Numbered from the stretch's first letter, positions 46,004-55,431 are shown. The stretch is DNA of 64,000 bases from Candidatus Poseidoniales archaeon (GCA_012960975.1 DUAE01000059.1:69760-133759), one strand, 5' to 3'. Notes: generated by a model not told the origin, from the letters alone. Translations and numbers: made by a program.

Positions 46004-49000
46004 ATGATACGAAAGCGTCGTTCAGCAGTCGTCTTTACGATGATAATGCTGATTTCATCCTACTCTGCAATCGAATTCGGGAGTTGGGAAGCATTGGCTT
46101 CAACTGATGATGATGGTGACGGATTGACATATGGTCTGGAATTCTATATCAACACTCAACCTCAAGATTGGGATAGCGATAATGACGGGCTTCCTGATGG
46201 TTGGGAATGGCAATATGGATTAAATCCTCTCTCGTCGAGTGGAGACAACGGATCCGTTGGTGATCCTGATGGGGATGCCTTCACAAATCTGAATGAATAT
46301 CTGTATGCGATACCGGCGGGTTGGGATAATCCTCTAACGCCGAACGTACTTGATAATGGAGTTTGGTGGAATGGTACGGTTCCTGTCCGAGAATGGGATG
46401 AAGAGAGCGCTATGCAATTATTGCAAGGTTCAGGAACTGATGGTTATGATGAAGATCCCGTTGGGAATATTTGTTTTAACGGATTTGATGATGATAAAGA
46501 CGGGCTCGTCGATAATTTCGATCCTGATGGGGATGGAGACGCTGATTGTTCCAGTGATGATGATGATGGTGACGGTCTCATAGATGAGGATCCTGATGGC
46601 TGGGATACCGATGGCGACGGAATGCCGGATGGTTGGGAGGTTGCAAACAATCTCGACCCAACCTCCGCTTCAAATTTAGACGGCGGTAACGGAGATCCTG
46701 ATGGCGACGGATTAGTTAATTTGAAAGAATACGTAAATCCTGCTTGGGGAACAAGAAATGGAACAACTACACCACCTACTCAATATTTCCGCCCTGGTCC
46801 ATATGCAATGACTGCTACAGAATCTCCTTGTAACCCAGTTCTATTGCTAGGTCCTGGTGGATGCTTAATTTTCACCGCTGAAGTCGATGGAATTACTCAA
46901 ACCGATCCACATAACAACGATACTGATGGAGACGGTTTGAACGATTCATATGAAGCTCTTATACTTCTCACCGACCCTACTGCTGTCGACACTGACGGTG
47001 ACGGAATTCACGACGGTGTCGAAGTAAACGGTTCATACGGCGACCCCCCTCAAGCTACTGACCCAAGAAACAACAATACCGATGGTGATCAATTCGATGA
47101 CGGAGAAGAGGATGTTAATGGAAATGGGGTGGTCGATGGAAATGAAACCGACCCTACGAGAATTGAAGATATCGGTGACATTGATGATGATGGGATTGAA
47201 AATTGGGAAGAAAACATGACTTGTACCAAGTGGAACGTTACCGATACCGATGGTGGTGGAGTCAGTGATGGTGACGAACTTTCCCTTTCACATCAAACAA
47301 ATCCGTGCTTATCCGAAATTGAGATAGTCAAAACGATAATGTCTTGGGATTCAGCTCAGCAAATGCTTGAGTTGAATGATTCCTTTGACCTCGATCCTAC
47401 TCCTATGGATTGGCGGCAACAAGGGTCGATGATGGCATATTATGTCTTGGCGAATGCATCGAGGGTAGGATTTAGGTATGAATCTGTTATTAATCAATTT
47501 TTGAGAAATGTCGATACTGATATGCCAATTGGTGCAGTCTCAGTAGTCTTTACGAATAATTCTTGGTGCTGGAACGCCACTGCTGGTGCGATTAACTCAC
47601 CTCATTGCGATGATGATTATCTTGATACAGATGGCGATGGCTTAGCAGATTGGGAAGAGTTCCTCGGTACATGGGGTTCTTTCTCCTTGGCTAATCTATC
47701 TGATTCCGATGGTGATGGCGTTGATGATTTAACCGAAATTCAAAATCAAACCGATCCTATGGAGCCTTGTCATAATCTGCTCGATAGCGATGGTGATGGC
47801 TTGAATAATTACTTTGAGAATACGACCGGATGTGACTTAGCTTTCGGTGTCGGTGGCGGAAATGGGACTGTTGACACATATTTCACGCTCTGGAATGAAA
47901 CCGATACCGACAATGGTGGTGTTGCCGATGGTCAAGAATATTTTGATGGTACAAATCCTCAAAATAATTCAGAGGATGACTTAAATCCTCTAGATACTGA
48001 TGGAGATGGAATACCTGATACAATTGAGCAAGCAATCGGTACTGATTGGTTGAATCCAGATACTGACGGCGGCGGAGTTCCAGATGGAATTGAATGCCCA
48101 GAAGAATTTTGGGATGTAAATTGCTTGAATTCGCCAACCAATCCCTGGGATGCGGTTGATGACTTTGATGACAACATGCTCTATTTCCTCGCTACGAATA
48201 CAACCTCCGGCATCGATACAAATATCAAGCAATATTGGAGATGGCACACTTATGATACCTATACTGGAGTCTCCTTTGGAGTCAATTCAAGCCTAGTTGG
48301 CAATACGATTGTTGTTCCATCTTTCTCTTCAACACAGGGGGTGGCTGCTGCCACTTATTGGGATGATTCTGAACTCAAGGCTTGGACAATAGAGTATCAA
48401 ATCGGTGCTGAAATCCAACCCGGCGATGAATTAATTCTACCATATAACGCTGTAAATTGGACTAGTTGGATTGATCAAAATGCAGGACTAAATTTTTCTA
48501 ATTACACTCGTGATGTAATCGTAGACCAATCCTCTATTGACACAATCTTCATCACCGCGCCTCAGGTTTCCTTTATGGCTGAAATTCAAGAAAACACTAC
48601 GGAATTTTTAGGCAGTAATTATGCAATGGATTTACCAGCTCCTTATTTAAATCGACAGAGCGAAGTGCCAGCTTCGATAACTCAGACTGTGCTGAATGAT
48701 TCGGGTGCATTTTCGGCGTGGGAAAAGGTGGTTGCGATTCAAAACTTCCTGATTAATGGGAATACTACTACTACGTTCATTCGAAATTACGATGGTATCC
48801 AACCAAATTTAGGCCATGATTATGAGGGTGACCTAACTTATTTTATTCTTAATAATACACAAGAAGGATCATGTGACCAATTTGCAACTGTATTCGCAGT
48901 AATGTTAAGGCACGCCGGATTATCTTCACGAAAAGTAACTGGTTTTTCGGGAGGGACATGGAATGGCAAATCTTTCGAAGTATATGGTAATGATTTCACA

Positions 49001-52000
49001 ACTTGGGTTGAAGTTCACATGCAGACCAATGCCAATCAAGGTAATGAGACGATAGGATGGGTTCCATTTGAGGCCTGTCCCCCACAAGCACTCGTTGAGG
49101 TCGTAAATGAAGAATGGGGCCCTACAAATTTCGATCGCGATTTGAATGGAAGCGAAATTTGGTTGAATGGCACTCTTCAATTTGTAGAGAATGGGACTTT
49201 TGCTGAGAATGTTACAATCGATCTTTACCTTGTCAAGGGTAATGAAACTGCTCTTGTCCCTGGTCCTGCTGCAACTTCAAATCACTTAATTGCGAGCGGC
49301 ATGACTGACCTGAATGGTTCATTCAATCTTAATGGCACTCCACTTGAGCCTGTAAATCCTGGATATGGGGCACTCGTTTTACATGTTTATCAGAAAGCAT
49401 ACGTTGGCGTACAAGGAATTTCATTCGTTTGGCGAATGAATGTTACTGACGATTCAGTTTTGTCAATTAGTTCACCACCACCTATTACAGAACCGATGTT
49501 GGGTGTTGGTGTCAATACCACCTTTACAGGAGAGATGAATTGGGAAAATTCACCATTTTCAGACCCTTCTGTCGTTGATAATATGCAGGTTCTCTTGAAT
49601 TATACAACCTCTGTAGATGGTCCACAAAATTTGATTGCTGATATAGGACCTTCTGGTTATTATGAATTTTCAGTTCCTATCGATGATGCTGAACCTCTTG
49701 GTTTGATCAACGCATCATTGGCTTTCCTTGGCTGGCATGAAGATGATTTGAACAATGCTTCAACACCTGAATACCATGTTCGACCATCTACTTTCTCCTT
49801 CATGTTCAATATTACTCCCTCGCCGAATCTATCGGTTGTTCTCGAAGCTCAAGGGATAAACAATACATTCCTCGATATCAACTCACCAGTCTACATCAAC
49901 GGCTCAGCTATGAGTCGGGGTATCTCTCCTGAATCACTTAATGGAACTCTATATTTCCAAATGCGTCGCGCGAATACTAATGGTCCATATGTGACACTTG
50001 CGACATGGTATCTGAACGATTCTAACTGGACAACAACTCCTGGTGATTTTGAATTGTCATGGGCTTTCTTGGGTAGTGATGTGCCAATTCCTGCTGGGTT
50101 TGTAGAAGTAAAATTCCAATTCGATGCAGAGGGATTGTTCGCTAATGATGAGGTAACATACCTTACTGAACATGGTATTCGTAGTAATGTGAATTTCAAT
50201 TATACTCTCGGTTTACAATCGCGTGGCAATATGGCTAATGTGGAAGTAATTCTAACCGATCACACGGATACCTCTGTGGCTAATTTCCTTGGGACATATC
50301 TCTTGGATTTCGATGGTGAGAATGTTTGGAATGAAACTGACCCTTCCGTCCCCCGAATATCTACAGAATGGATGATTCCAACCGATATTGAAGCTGGTGA
50401 CTATTCTTGGATTCTGAATTATTCGGGTTCGACTTGGTTCAACTCGGCAAGTATTGTTGATCTTGTAAGAATTCAAGGCAGAGCCAATGCAACCGTAAAT
50501 CTTGGTTCGGATTGGACTCCCCGTGGTACAACAAATTGGGTCTCTGGGCATGCTAATGATCTGGCTCTGAATACGGTAATTACGGGTAATAACTCCTCAG
50601 TTACAGTTCAATTAGAAGTCCCTTCAGATTTACCTCCATTGCCTGACGGTAGTCCTGCTCCACCCGTAATTCATAGGCTTGGCGCAACTTGGATTAACAA
50701 TGCCACAGGTGAATACAATCTGACATTCTCGATGCCTGAAGGCGTCGGTTCAAGTGTTTACGTTCTACGAGTTGTCCTAGATTTTACTGTAAATGCACCT
50801 GTCGGTGGTCATTATTACTCGGTTTCCGATGCAGATAGAGTCAATGCTGGAATACAAACAGAATATATCGTTGAATCTGCACCGACTTCATTGATTGTAG
50901 TAGCTGGGCAAGTAATGATAATCAATGCAACAATTACCGATGTTGAATCTGAATCTCCGATACCCGATGCATCTGCTAATCTATATTTTGACTTCGGCGG
51001 TCCATTACAACAATTGTTAGAATCAGATCTTTCTGGTGTTGATGGTGTCGTTCGATTTAATCCAACAATCCCTGCTGATACTCCTCCAGGATACTACACG
51101 GTTCGCGTACACGCACCAGACGATATTACTGACAATCTAACAGTTCCAAATGCCGGTAGATGGTTAGGGAATGAAAGTTCGTCAAATTTGACCGTTCAAG
51201 TTGCGAGCTATATCGACCTCGATCCACTCGCACCTGAGGTGTCCGCCGGTTCAACATTCATCGTTAGCGGTCAAGTGATGGATGCAATTGATGCAAATCG
51301 AACCGTCGACGGCCCGATGGCCGTCGAAGTTTTCTTCTTAGACGACCCCAGTGAGACATTAATTTCCATTCATACGACTTCGAATAATGGTTCGTTCAAT
51401 ATTACTGTTCCTACGGATCCATTTGGTGATGGGGTTACGAGCGGTATCAAAACCGTCGTTGTGAGTGTCCTCAACGGTAGTACACCATTCTACCTAACCG
51501 GTACAGGTAACGATACTATTCTCGTACGAGGTGTGACTGCGTTCCGCGACAAAACACCATTCCTCAACATGGTTGTAGATAGAGGCGATACAATTGTTTT
51601 CAGTGCTAAATTGGTTGAATCGAGTGATAGCGATCGAAACTTAGCGGGCATGAATATTTCGGCAATTTTCCACGATACATGGATGAGTGAATCGGTTACG
51701 AACGGCGAAGGAGATGTCAATTTTTCATTCAATATACTTCACGATCATCCATTGGGATTAGTAAGTGTAATTCTTTACTATAATGGCTCGAATACACTTC
51801 ATAATACACTAACTCTGATTTCAACGATAACAATTAGATCTCAGACATTCATTACAGTTAATCCGATTCTAGATAATCCGGCAGCGGGCGATTCGTTCAA
51901 TGTAAGCGGTACTCTGACCTCTAGTAATGGCAGCGCCATTATTGATAGGGCAGGAAATACTCTAGCCCCAAGTTTGACATTTATGATTAACGGGGAAAGT

Positions 52001-54916
52001 AATACATTCCAAGTTATTTCAAGTTCAATTGATTTGAATGGTTCTTGGCTAGCGAATATTCGCCTAGATCTCACCTTCCCTCGTGGTTCTCACAATATTG
52101 AAGCGACCTTCACTCCTACTGTCAATTACTATGGTTTGAGTGCCGGTAATGGAACATTCGATAGCCGCGGTTATTCACTCATTACAATCATCAATCCACT
52201 TGATTTAGATCCTGATGAGCGTACTGTCCGCGGTGATAATCTCAGCATGAACTTCTCACTGATAGACAATGCAGGCGGTGTTGTACCCGCCGCACAAATC
52301 GATATTTATGTTGATGAATTATTCACGACGAGTGTATTCTCTGATTCACTCGGACTAGCCAATACAACTATTCTCATCGATGAAAATCGTGAGGCTGGCT
52401 CAATGGAAATTCGTGCTGTTTTCGCTGGTTTCAATGGCACGACCGGATTGGTCGGTGATGAAGCTATTACAAGAGTTGTTATTCTGGCACCTTCGGTTCT
52501 AGAAATAACAGCATTTAGTGGTTCTGCAATCGCTGGAGAATCCATCACTTTCCATGGAACATTACTCGACGAACATGGAAATGCTTTGTTGGAAAATGGT
52601 CAAATACATGGCGGAATCATTCACCTTTCTATTGACGGAGTGGATGTTGGACCGATTTATTCGACTCAGAGCAACTCTACAACTGGAGAATGGTCGATTA
52701 CTTACAGTTTGCCACTAGATTCGGATTATGGAGTTCACCAGGTCAGAGTTGACTTCCTAGGTGGTTTCACTTGGGTTGACCCTATGGGTCAAGGAGATTC
52801 ATTAAATCCAGAATTCTATCTTCCTTCTACGTTTAATATGGAATTCAACGTAACACAAACCTCACAAGTCGTTCTGACGACACCACCGGGTGAAGTTGAC
52901 CGAAACCAATTATTGCTCATAGAGGGAATGTTAACTGATGGTTCAGGTCGAGTATTGCCAAATCGTTATGTCAATGTCTACATGAATGATCAATTACTGA
53001 CCGGCCTTAACATTGATGTAAATGGCTCTTTCAGTCTATACATTCCAGTCCCACCAGATATGGAATTGGGTCCAAGGATTGTCAAGATTGAGTTTGAAGG
53101 TGAGGAATTTATTCTCGCTTCAAACTCATCATCGATTTTCATTGTTTTCTCCCCAGCCGTCGTCTCCATATTTTCACCAGAACCATCGGCGGTCGGTGAT
53201 AATCTGAGGTTGAGTGGAACCATACGTGATAATATGCCGAATGGTCTGCTTGCCAATCATTCCCTCGAGATTTTTATCGATGGAACTTTGATCGGAATTA
53301 CCACCAGCGATGAAAATGGCTATTGGGTTCTAAATTGGGTCGTATCAGAATTTATTGATGTAGGTGTTCACACGGTGACGATTAAAGCCCCACAACAAGG
53401 ATATTATCGCGAAGGCCTAACAGAAACCAATCTAACGATTGCTTATCATTCTGGAATTACTCTCCAAGTCGATTCATCGGTAGTTACCCGTGGCGGTGTT
53501 TGGAATTTTTCGGGGCGACTCTTCGATGATGATTCATCCGGTCGCCCAGGTCTTGAAAGTCGGGAGTTTTCCGTTATTTTGGATGGAGAAAAAATTGAAA
53601 CGATTACAACTAGCATCGATGGCACATTCTCATTCAATCATGAATTAGGATATTCGATTGCACGAGGAGGACACGACATTTCAGTCGTTTTCAACGGTGA
53701 GACCTTCTATCTCCCTATTTCTTACAATATGACAGTATTTGTCAAAGCCGATATTACATTGGAGGTTTTATGGGTTGCAGATACGATAATTCGCAGTGAT
53801 GTCGAGCATCCAATTAAGATCGAAGGAAGGATTCTCGAAGTTGGTGGTGATGGCAATATCCTTGAGGATTTGGTTGTCACTCTACACTGGTCCTCGACTA
53901 GTGCTGAACCTGCAACAATTACTTGGGATAAAGCGACTGGACATTTCCGAATCATTTCACCTGCACGTTCTCCAATGACTCCTGGTGAAATTGACATGTG
54001 GGTTGAGGTAGAAGCAGATTCTTCTAGATATCTGAACTTCGGGGAAATCGATTTCTCAGTTGGAATCATGGTTCCGGTCAATTTCCTATTCACTCCCGAT
54101 TCACAATATGTAGGTAAGGACACTAGAATCATTCGTGGAACGGTCAACATAACTGCTACAGACACATTAATGCCGGTCGCGAATATCTCAATTTCAGCAT
54201 TATTAATCAATTCAACATCTGGATTGAGTCTTTTGCCTAAGGTTACATTGTTGACTGATGAGGATGGAATAGTTGCCTATGAATTCAAGGCTGTCGAACC
54301 ACTACCACCTCTCTGGGATCAAACATTCTGGGGTCCATTGAAGATTATGTTTAGCACTGATTCGATGTTCGTAGATCCATCGAATCGGACATGGCTCTCT
54401 ACCCAACATGGAGGGTTAGAAATTGAATATGAGCCGGCTGAACAAGCATCTTTGATTAAACCAATATTATTCGGGCTACTCGTCGTATTCATCCTAGTTG
54501 GATTAATTGGCGGTGGGATGATGTATCGCCGTCGTCAACAAGCAACCCTCGATGATTTGGCCAGTGTATTCAGCTATACTGCTGAGTTACTCGCCGCTGG
54601 TGATGCTTTCCGCGAAGCTATTTTCAATTGCTATGAAAGCCTTTGTCAAATTTTGATGCGCCGCGGATTCCTTCGACGTGATTTTGAGACCGTTCGTGAA
54701 TTCGAGATGGCGATTCGTGCCGCATTACCGATTAGCGAACAATCGCTAATCGCACTCGACAGAATATTCGAAGAAGCGCGGTATTCAAGCCATATCTTGG
54801 GTGAAGGTCATCGTCAGAATGCCCAAATTTCACTCAATGCGGTTCTGCAAGAAATCGATCAATTGCAAGAAATTCCAGTACGAGATGACATCATTCAAAT
54901 TGATCCTGAACAGTGA
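46004..54916 (+). CDS. Giant (about 2970 aa) surface protein: signal anchor, TSP3-like Ca-binding repeats, transglutaminase-like core, Ig-like repeat array, C-terminal TM and cytoplasmic DUF4129-like tail
   Basis: It is a single uninterrupted ORF of about 8.9 kb. The ATG at 46004 gives MIRKRRSAVVFTMIMLISSYSAIEF (a positive N-region followed by a hydrophobic segment). The track start at 45959 is GTG. Domain evidence is listed in the sub-features below. Confidence 0.85.
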   Translation: MIRKRRSAVVFTMIMLISSYSAIEFGSWEALASTDDDGDGLTYGLEFYINTQPQDWDSDNDGLPDGWEWQYGLNPLSSSGDNGSVGDPDGDAFTNLNEYLYAIPAGWDNPLTPNVLDNGVWWNGTVPVREWDEESAMQLLQGSGTDGYDEDPVGNICFNGFDDDKDGLVDNFDPDGDGDADCSSDDDDGDGLIDEDPDGWDTDGDGMPDGWEVANNLDPTSASNLDGGNGDPDGDGLVNLKEYVNPAWGTRNGTTTPPTQYFRPGPYAMTATESPCNPVLLLGPGGCLIFTAEVDGITQTDPHNNDTDGDGLNDSYEALILLTDPTAVDTDGDGIHDGVEVNGSYGDPPQATDPRNNNTDGDQFDDGEEDVNGNGVVDGNETDPTRIEDIGDIDDDGIENWEENMTCTKWNVTDTDGGGVSDGDELSLSHQTNPCLSEIEIVKTIMSWDSAQQMLELNDSFDLDPTPMDWRQQGSMMAYYVLANASRVGFRYESVINQFLRNVDTDMPIGAVSVVFTNNSWCWNATAGAINSPHCDDDYLDTDGDGLADWEEFLGTWGSFSLANLSDSDGDGVDDLTEIQNQTDPMEPCHNLLDSDGDGLNNYFENTTGCDLAFGVGGGNGTVDTYFTLWNETDTDNGGVADGQEYFDGTNPQNNSEDDLNPLDTDGDGIPDTIEQAIGTDWLNPDTDGGGVPDGIECPEEFWDVNCLNSPTNPWDAVDDFDDNMLYFLATNTTSGIDTNIKQYWRWHTYDTYTGVSFGVNSSLVGNTIVVPSFSSTQGVAAATYWDDSELKAWTIEYQIGAEIQPGDELILPYNAVNWTSWIDQNAGLNFSNYTRDVIVDQSSIDTIFITAPQVSFMAEIQENTTEFLGSNYAMDLPAPYLNRQSEVPASITQTVLNDSGAFSAWEKVVAIQNFLINGNTTTTFIRNYDGIQPNLGHDYEGDLTYFILNNTQEGSCDQFATVFAVMLRHAGLSSRKVTGFSGGTWNGKSFEVYGNDFTTWVEVHMQTNANQGNETIGWVPFEACPPQALVEVVNEEWGPTNFDRDLNGSEIWLNGTLQFVENGTFAENVTIDLYLVKGNETALVPGPAATSNHLIASGMTDLNGSFNLNGTPLEPVNPGYGALVLHVYQKAYVGVQGISFVWRMNVTDDSVLSISSPPPITEPMLGVGVNTTFTGEMNWENSPFSDPSVVDNMQVLLNYTTSVDGPQNLIADIGPSGYYEFSVPIDDAEPLGLINASLAFLGWHEDDLNNASTPEYHVRPSTFSFMFNITPSPNLSVVLEAQGINNTFLDINSPVYINGSAMSRGISPESLNGTLYFQMRRANTNGPYVTLATWYLNDSNWTTTPGDFELSWAFLGSDVPIPAGFVEVKFQFDAEGLFANDEVTYLTEHGIRSNVNFNYTLGLQSRGNMANVEVILTDHTDTSVANFLGTYLLDFDGENVWNETDPSVPRISTEWMIPTDIEAGDYSWILNYSGSTWFNSASIVDLVRIQGRANATVNLGSDWTPRGTTNWVSGHANDLALNTVITGNNSSVTVQLEVPSDLPPLPDGSPAPPVIHRLGATWINNATGEYNLTFSMPEGVGSSVYVLRVVLDFTVNAPVGGHYYSVSDADRVNAGIQTEYIVESAPTSLIVVAGQVMIINATITDVESESPIPDASANLYFDFGGPLQQLLESDLSGVDGVVRFNPTIPADTPPGYYTVRVHAPDDITDNLTVPNAGRWLGNESSSNLTVQVASYIDLDPLAPEVSAGSTFIVSGQVMDAIDANRTVDGPMAVEVFFLDDPSETLISIHTTSNNGSFNITVPTDPFGDGVTSGIKTVVVSVLNGSTPFYLTGTGNDTILVRGVTAFRDKTPFLNMVVDRGDTIVFSAKLVESSDSDRNLAGMNISAIFHDTWMSESVTNGEGDVNFSFNILHDHPLGLVSVILYYNGSNTLHNTLTLISTITIRSQTFITVNPILDNPAAGDSFNVSGTLTSSNGSAIIDRAGNTLAPSLTFMINGESNTFQVISSSIDLNGSWLANIRLDLTFPRGSHNIEATFTPTVNYYGLSAGNGTFDSRGYSLITIINPLDLDPDERTVRGDNLSMNFSLIDNAGGVVPAAQIDIYVDELFTTSVFSDSLGLANTTILIDENREAGSMEIRAVFAGFNGTTGLVGDEAITRVVILAPSVLEITAFSGSAIAGESITFHGTLLDEHGNALLENGQIHGGIIHLSIDGVDVGPIYSTQSNSTTGEWSITYSLPLDSDYGVHQVRVDFLGGFTWVDPMGQGDSLNPEFYLPSTFNMEFNVTQTSQVVLTTPPGEVDRNQLLLIEGMLTDGSGRVLPNRYVNVYMNDQLLTGLNIDVNGSFSLYIPVPPDMELGPRIVKIEFEGEEFILASNSSSIFIVFSPAVVSIFSPEPSAVGDNLRLSGTIRDNMPNGLLANHSLEIFIDGTLIGITTSDENGYWVLNWVVSEFIDVGVHTVTIKAPQQGYYREGLTETNLTIAYHSGITLQVDSSVVTRGGVWNFSGRLFDDDSSGRPGLESREFSVILDGEKIETITTSIDGTFSFNHELGYSIARGGHDISVVFNGETFYLPISYNMTVFVKADITLEVLWVADTIIRSDVEHPIKIEGRILEVGGDGNILEDLVVTLHWSSTSAEPATITWDKATGHFRIISPARSPMTPGEIDMWVEVEADSSRYLNFGEIDFSVGIMVPVNFLFTPDSQYVGKDTRIIRGTVNITATDTLMPVANISISALLINSTSGLSLLPKVTLLTDEDGIVAYEFKAVEPLPPLWDQTFWGPLKIMFSTDSMFVDPSNRTWLSTQHGGLEIEYEPAEQASLIKPILFGLLVVFILVGLIGGGMMYRRRQQATLDDLASVFSYTAELLAAGDAFREAIFNCYESLCQILMRRGFLRRDFETVREFEMAIRAALPISEQSLIALDRIFEEARYSSHILGEGHRQNAQISLNAVLQEIDQLQEIPVRDDIIQIDPEQ
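46100..48110 (+). repeat. Array of about 20 thrombospondin-type-3-like / dockerin-like Ca-binding loops (D-x-D-x-D-G-x-x-D-x-x-E), protein-level repeat
   Basis: By eye I see DSDNDGLPDGWE, DTDGDGMPDGWE, DPDGDGLVNLKE, DTDGDGLNDSYE, DTDGDGIHDGVE, DTDGGGVSDGDE, DTDGDGLADWEE, DSDGDGVDDLTE, DSDGDGLNNYFE, DTDGDGIPDTIE and DTDGGGVPDGIE, among others. Confidence 0.75.
48830..49090 (+). other. Transglutaminase-like (papain-fold) core domain within the giant protein
   Basis: The segment reads QEGSCDQFATVFAVMLRHAGLSSRKVTGF...NDFTTWVEVHM...GWVPFEACP. This matches the G-x-C-x-x-F-A...R-x-V-x-G-[FY]...H-x-W-x-E-V...W-x-x-x-D-P-T layout, except at the His and Asp positions. Confidence 0.65.
49190..54330 (+). 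repeat. At least 10 tandem Ig-like / carboxypeptidase-regulatory-like beta-sandwich modules (about 90-110 aa each, divergent), sequon-rich
   Basis: The recurring pattern is [VI]x[VI]xxDGxxxxxxxTxxxGx[FW]xxxxx[VI]Pxxxxx-Gx[HY]x[VI]xxx[FY]xG. Examples are VNVYMNDQLLTGLNIDVNGSFSLYIPVPPDMELGPRIVKIEFEG, LEIFIDGTLIGITTSDENGYWVLNWVV...GVHTVTIKAP and FSVILDGEKIETITTSIDGTFSFNHEL...GGHDISVVFNG. Confidence 0.6.
54459..54913 (+). other. C-terminal TM helix followed by a cytoplasmic DUF4129-like domain of the giant protein
   Basis: The TM helix is PILFGLLVVFILVGLIGGGMMY, followed by RRRQQ. The tail FREAIFNCYESLCQILMRRGFLRRDFETVREFEMAIRAAL...LDRIFEEARYSSH is the pattern of DUF4129, the domain that accompanies bacterial transglutaminase-like membrane proteins. 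Confidence 0.6.
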
Positions 54917-54966
54917 TGTATAGAATCGATAGAATGCTCAATTCACTCACTTGCGATTAACCACGT

Positions 54967-55431
54967 TCAATCCATCAAGAATGAGAGTATTCCGTCTTCC
55001 CATGAAATCGTTGAGATTTCTTTGTCAATTGGCATTCTAAATGACCGCAATAATCCACCAAATCGTTCTGGAACCAAAACGCGTACAATTTGTTGATTTT
55101 CATCAATCATGGTTTTGACGACAATTTCGGATGGGTTAGCCGATGGTAGTTCCAACCTAATTCCGATTTCGTCTTGGTTGCCATTGAACTCACGAAGCAT
55201 TTCATCTAGTGGCATAATTTCACGAATCTGTAATTTTGCAGATTCGATTGGAGTCAACACATCTGAAATCACATTTTGATGATTTACAATTATCTCCGAA
55301 TGCGGTAGGTTTGTAAGAAATTGGTCGTGAATTTCGGCTGCGGAAACATCGAAACCGAGACTTGATTTTACTAAAGAGGGGATGTTCAATTCCTGCGAAG
55401 GAAGTGCGATATCTTGTGTTATCCAATCCAT
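54967..55431 (-). CDS. Hypothetical protein, possibly a divergent Hsp20/alpha-crystallin-domain (ACD) protein
   Basis: The C-terminal half reads IGIRLELPSANPSEIVVKTMIDENQQIVRVLVPERFGGLLRSFRMPIDKEISTISWEDGILSFL. It follows the ACD strand pattern (...LPG...I.V......L.I...R....G.F.R.F.LP..VD...I.A...NGVL.I.) only loosely. Confidence 0.4.
   Translation of the reverse strand: MDWITQDIALPSQELNIPSLVKSSLGFDVSAAEIHDQFLTNLPHSEIIVNHQNVISDVLTPIESAKLQIREIMPLDEMLREFNGNQDEIGIRLELPSANPSEIVVKTMIDENQQIVRVLVPERFGGLLRSFRMPIDKEISTISWEDGILSFLMD

Noticed and set aside
46350-54210. Numerous 60-160-aa ORFs on both strands inside the giant gene (for example 53722..54210 -, 49891..50199 -, 46444..46650 -).
   Set aside because: All are nested in a single 8.9-kb frame with coherent domain architecture. 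The antisense ORFs in the TSP3 region simply mirror GAY/GGN repeats.
42742-54916. The tRNA-Leu followed by 12 kb of giant surface-protein genes could be a tRNA-targeted integrated element or genomic island.
   Set aside because: No integrase, recombinase, transposase or phage-like gene is present. I found no direct repeat of the tRNA 3' end near 54917-54966. Composition does not visibly differ from the flanks. The genes look like resident cell-envelope genes.
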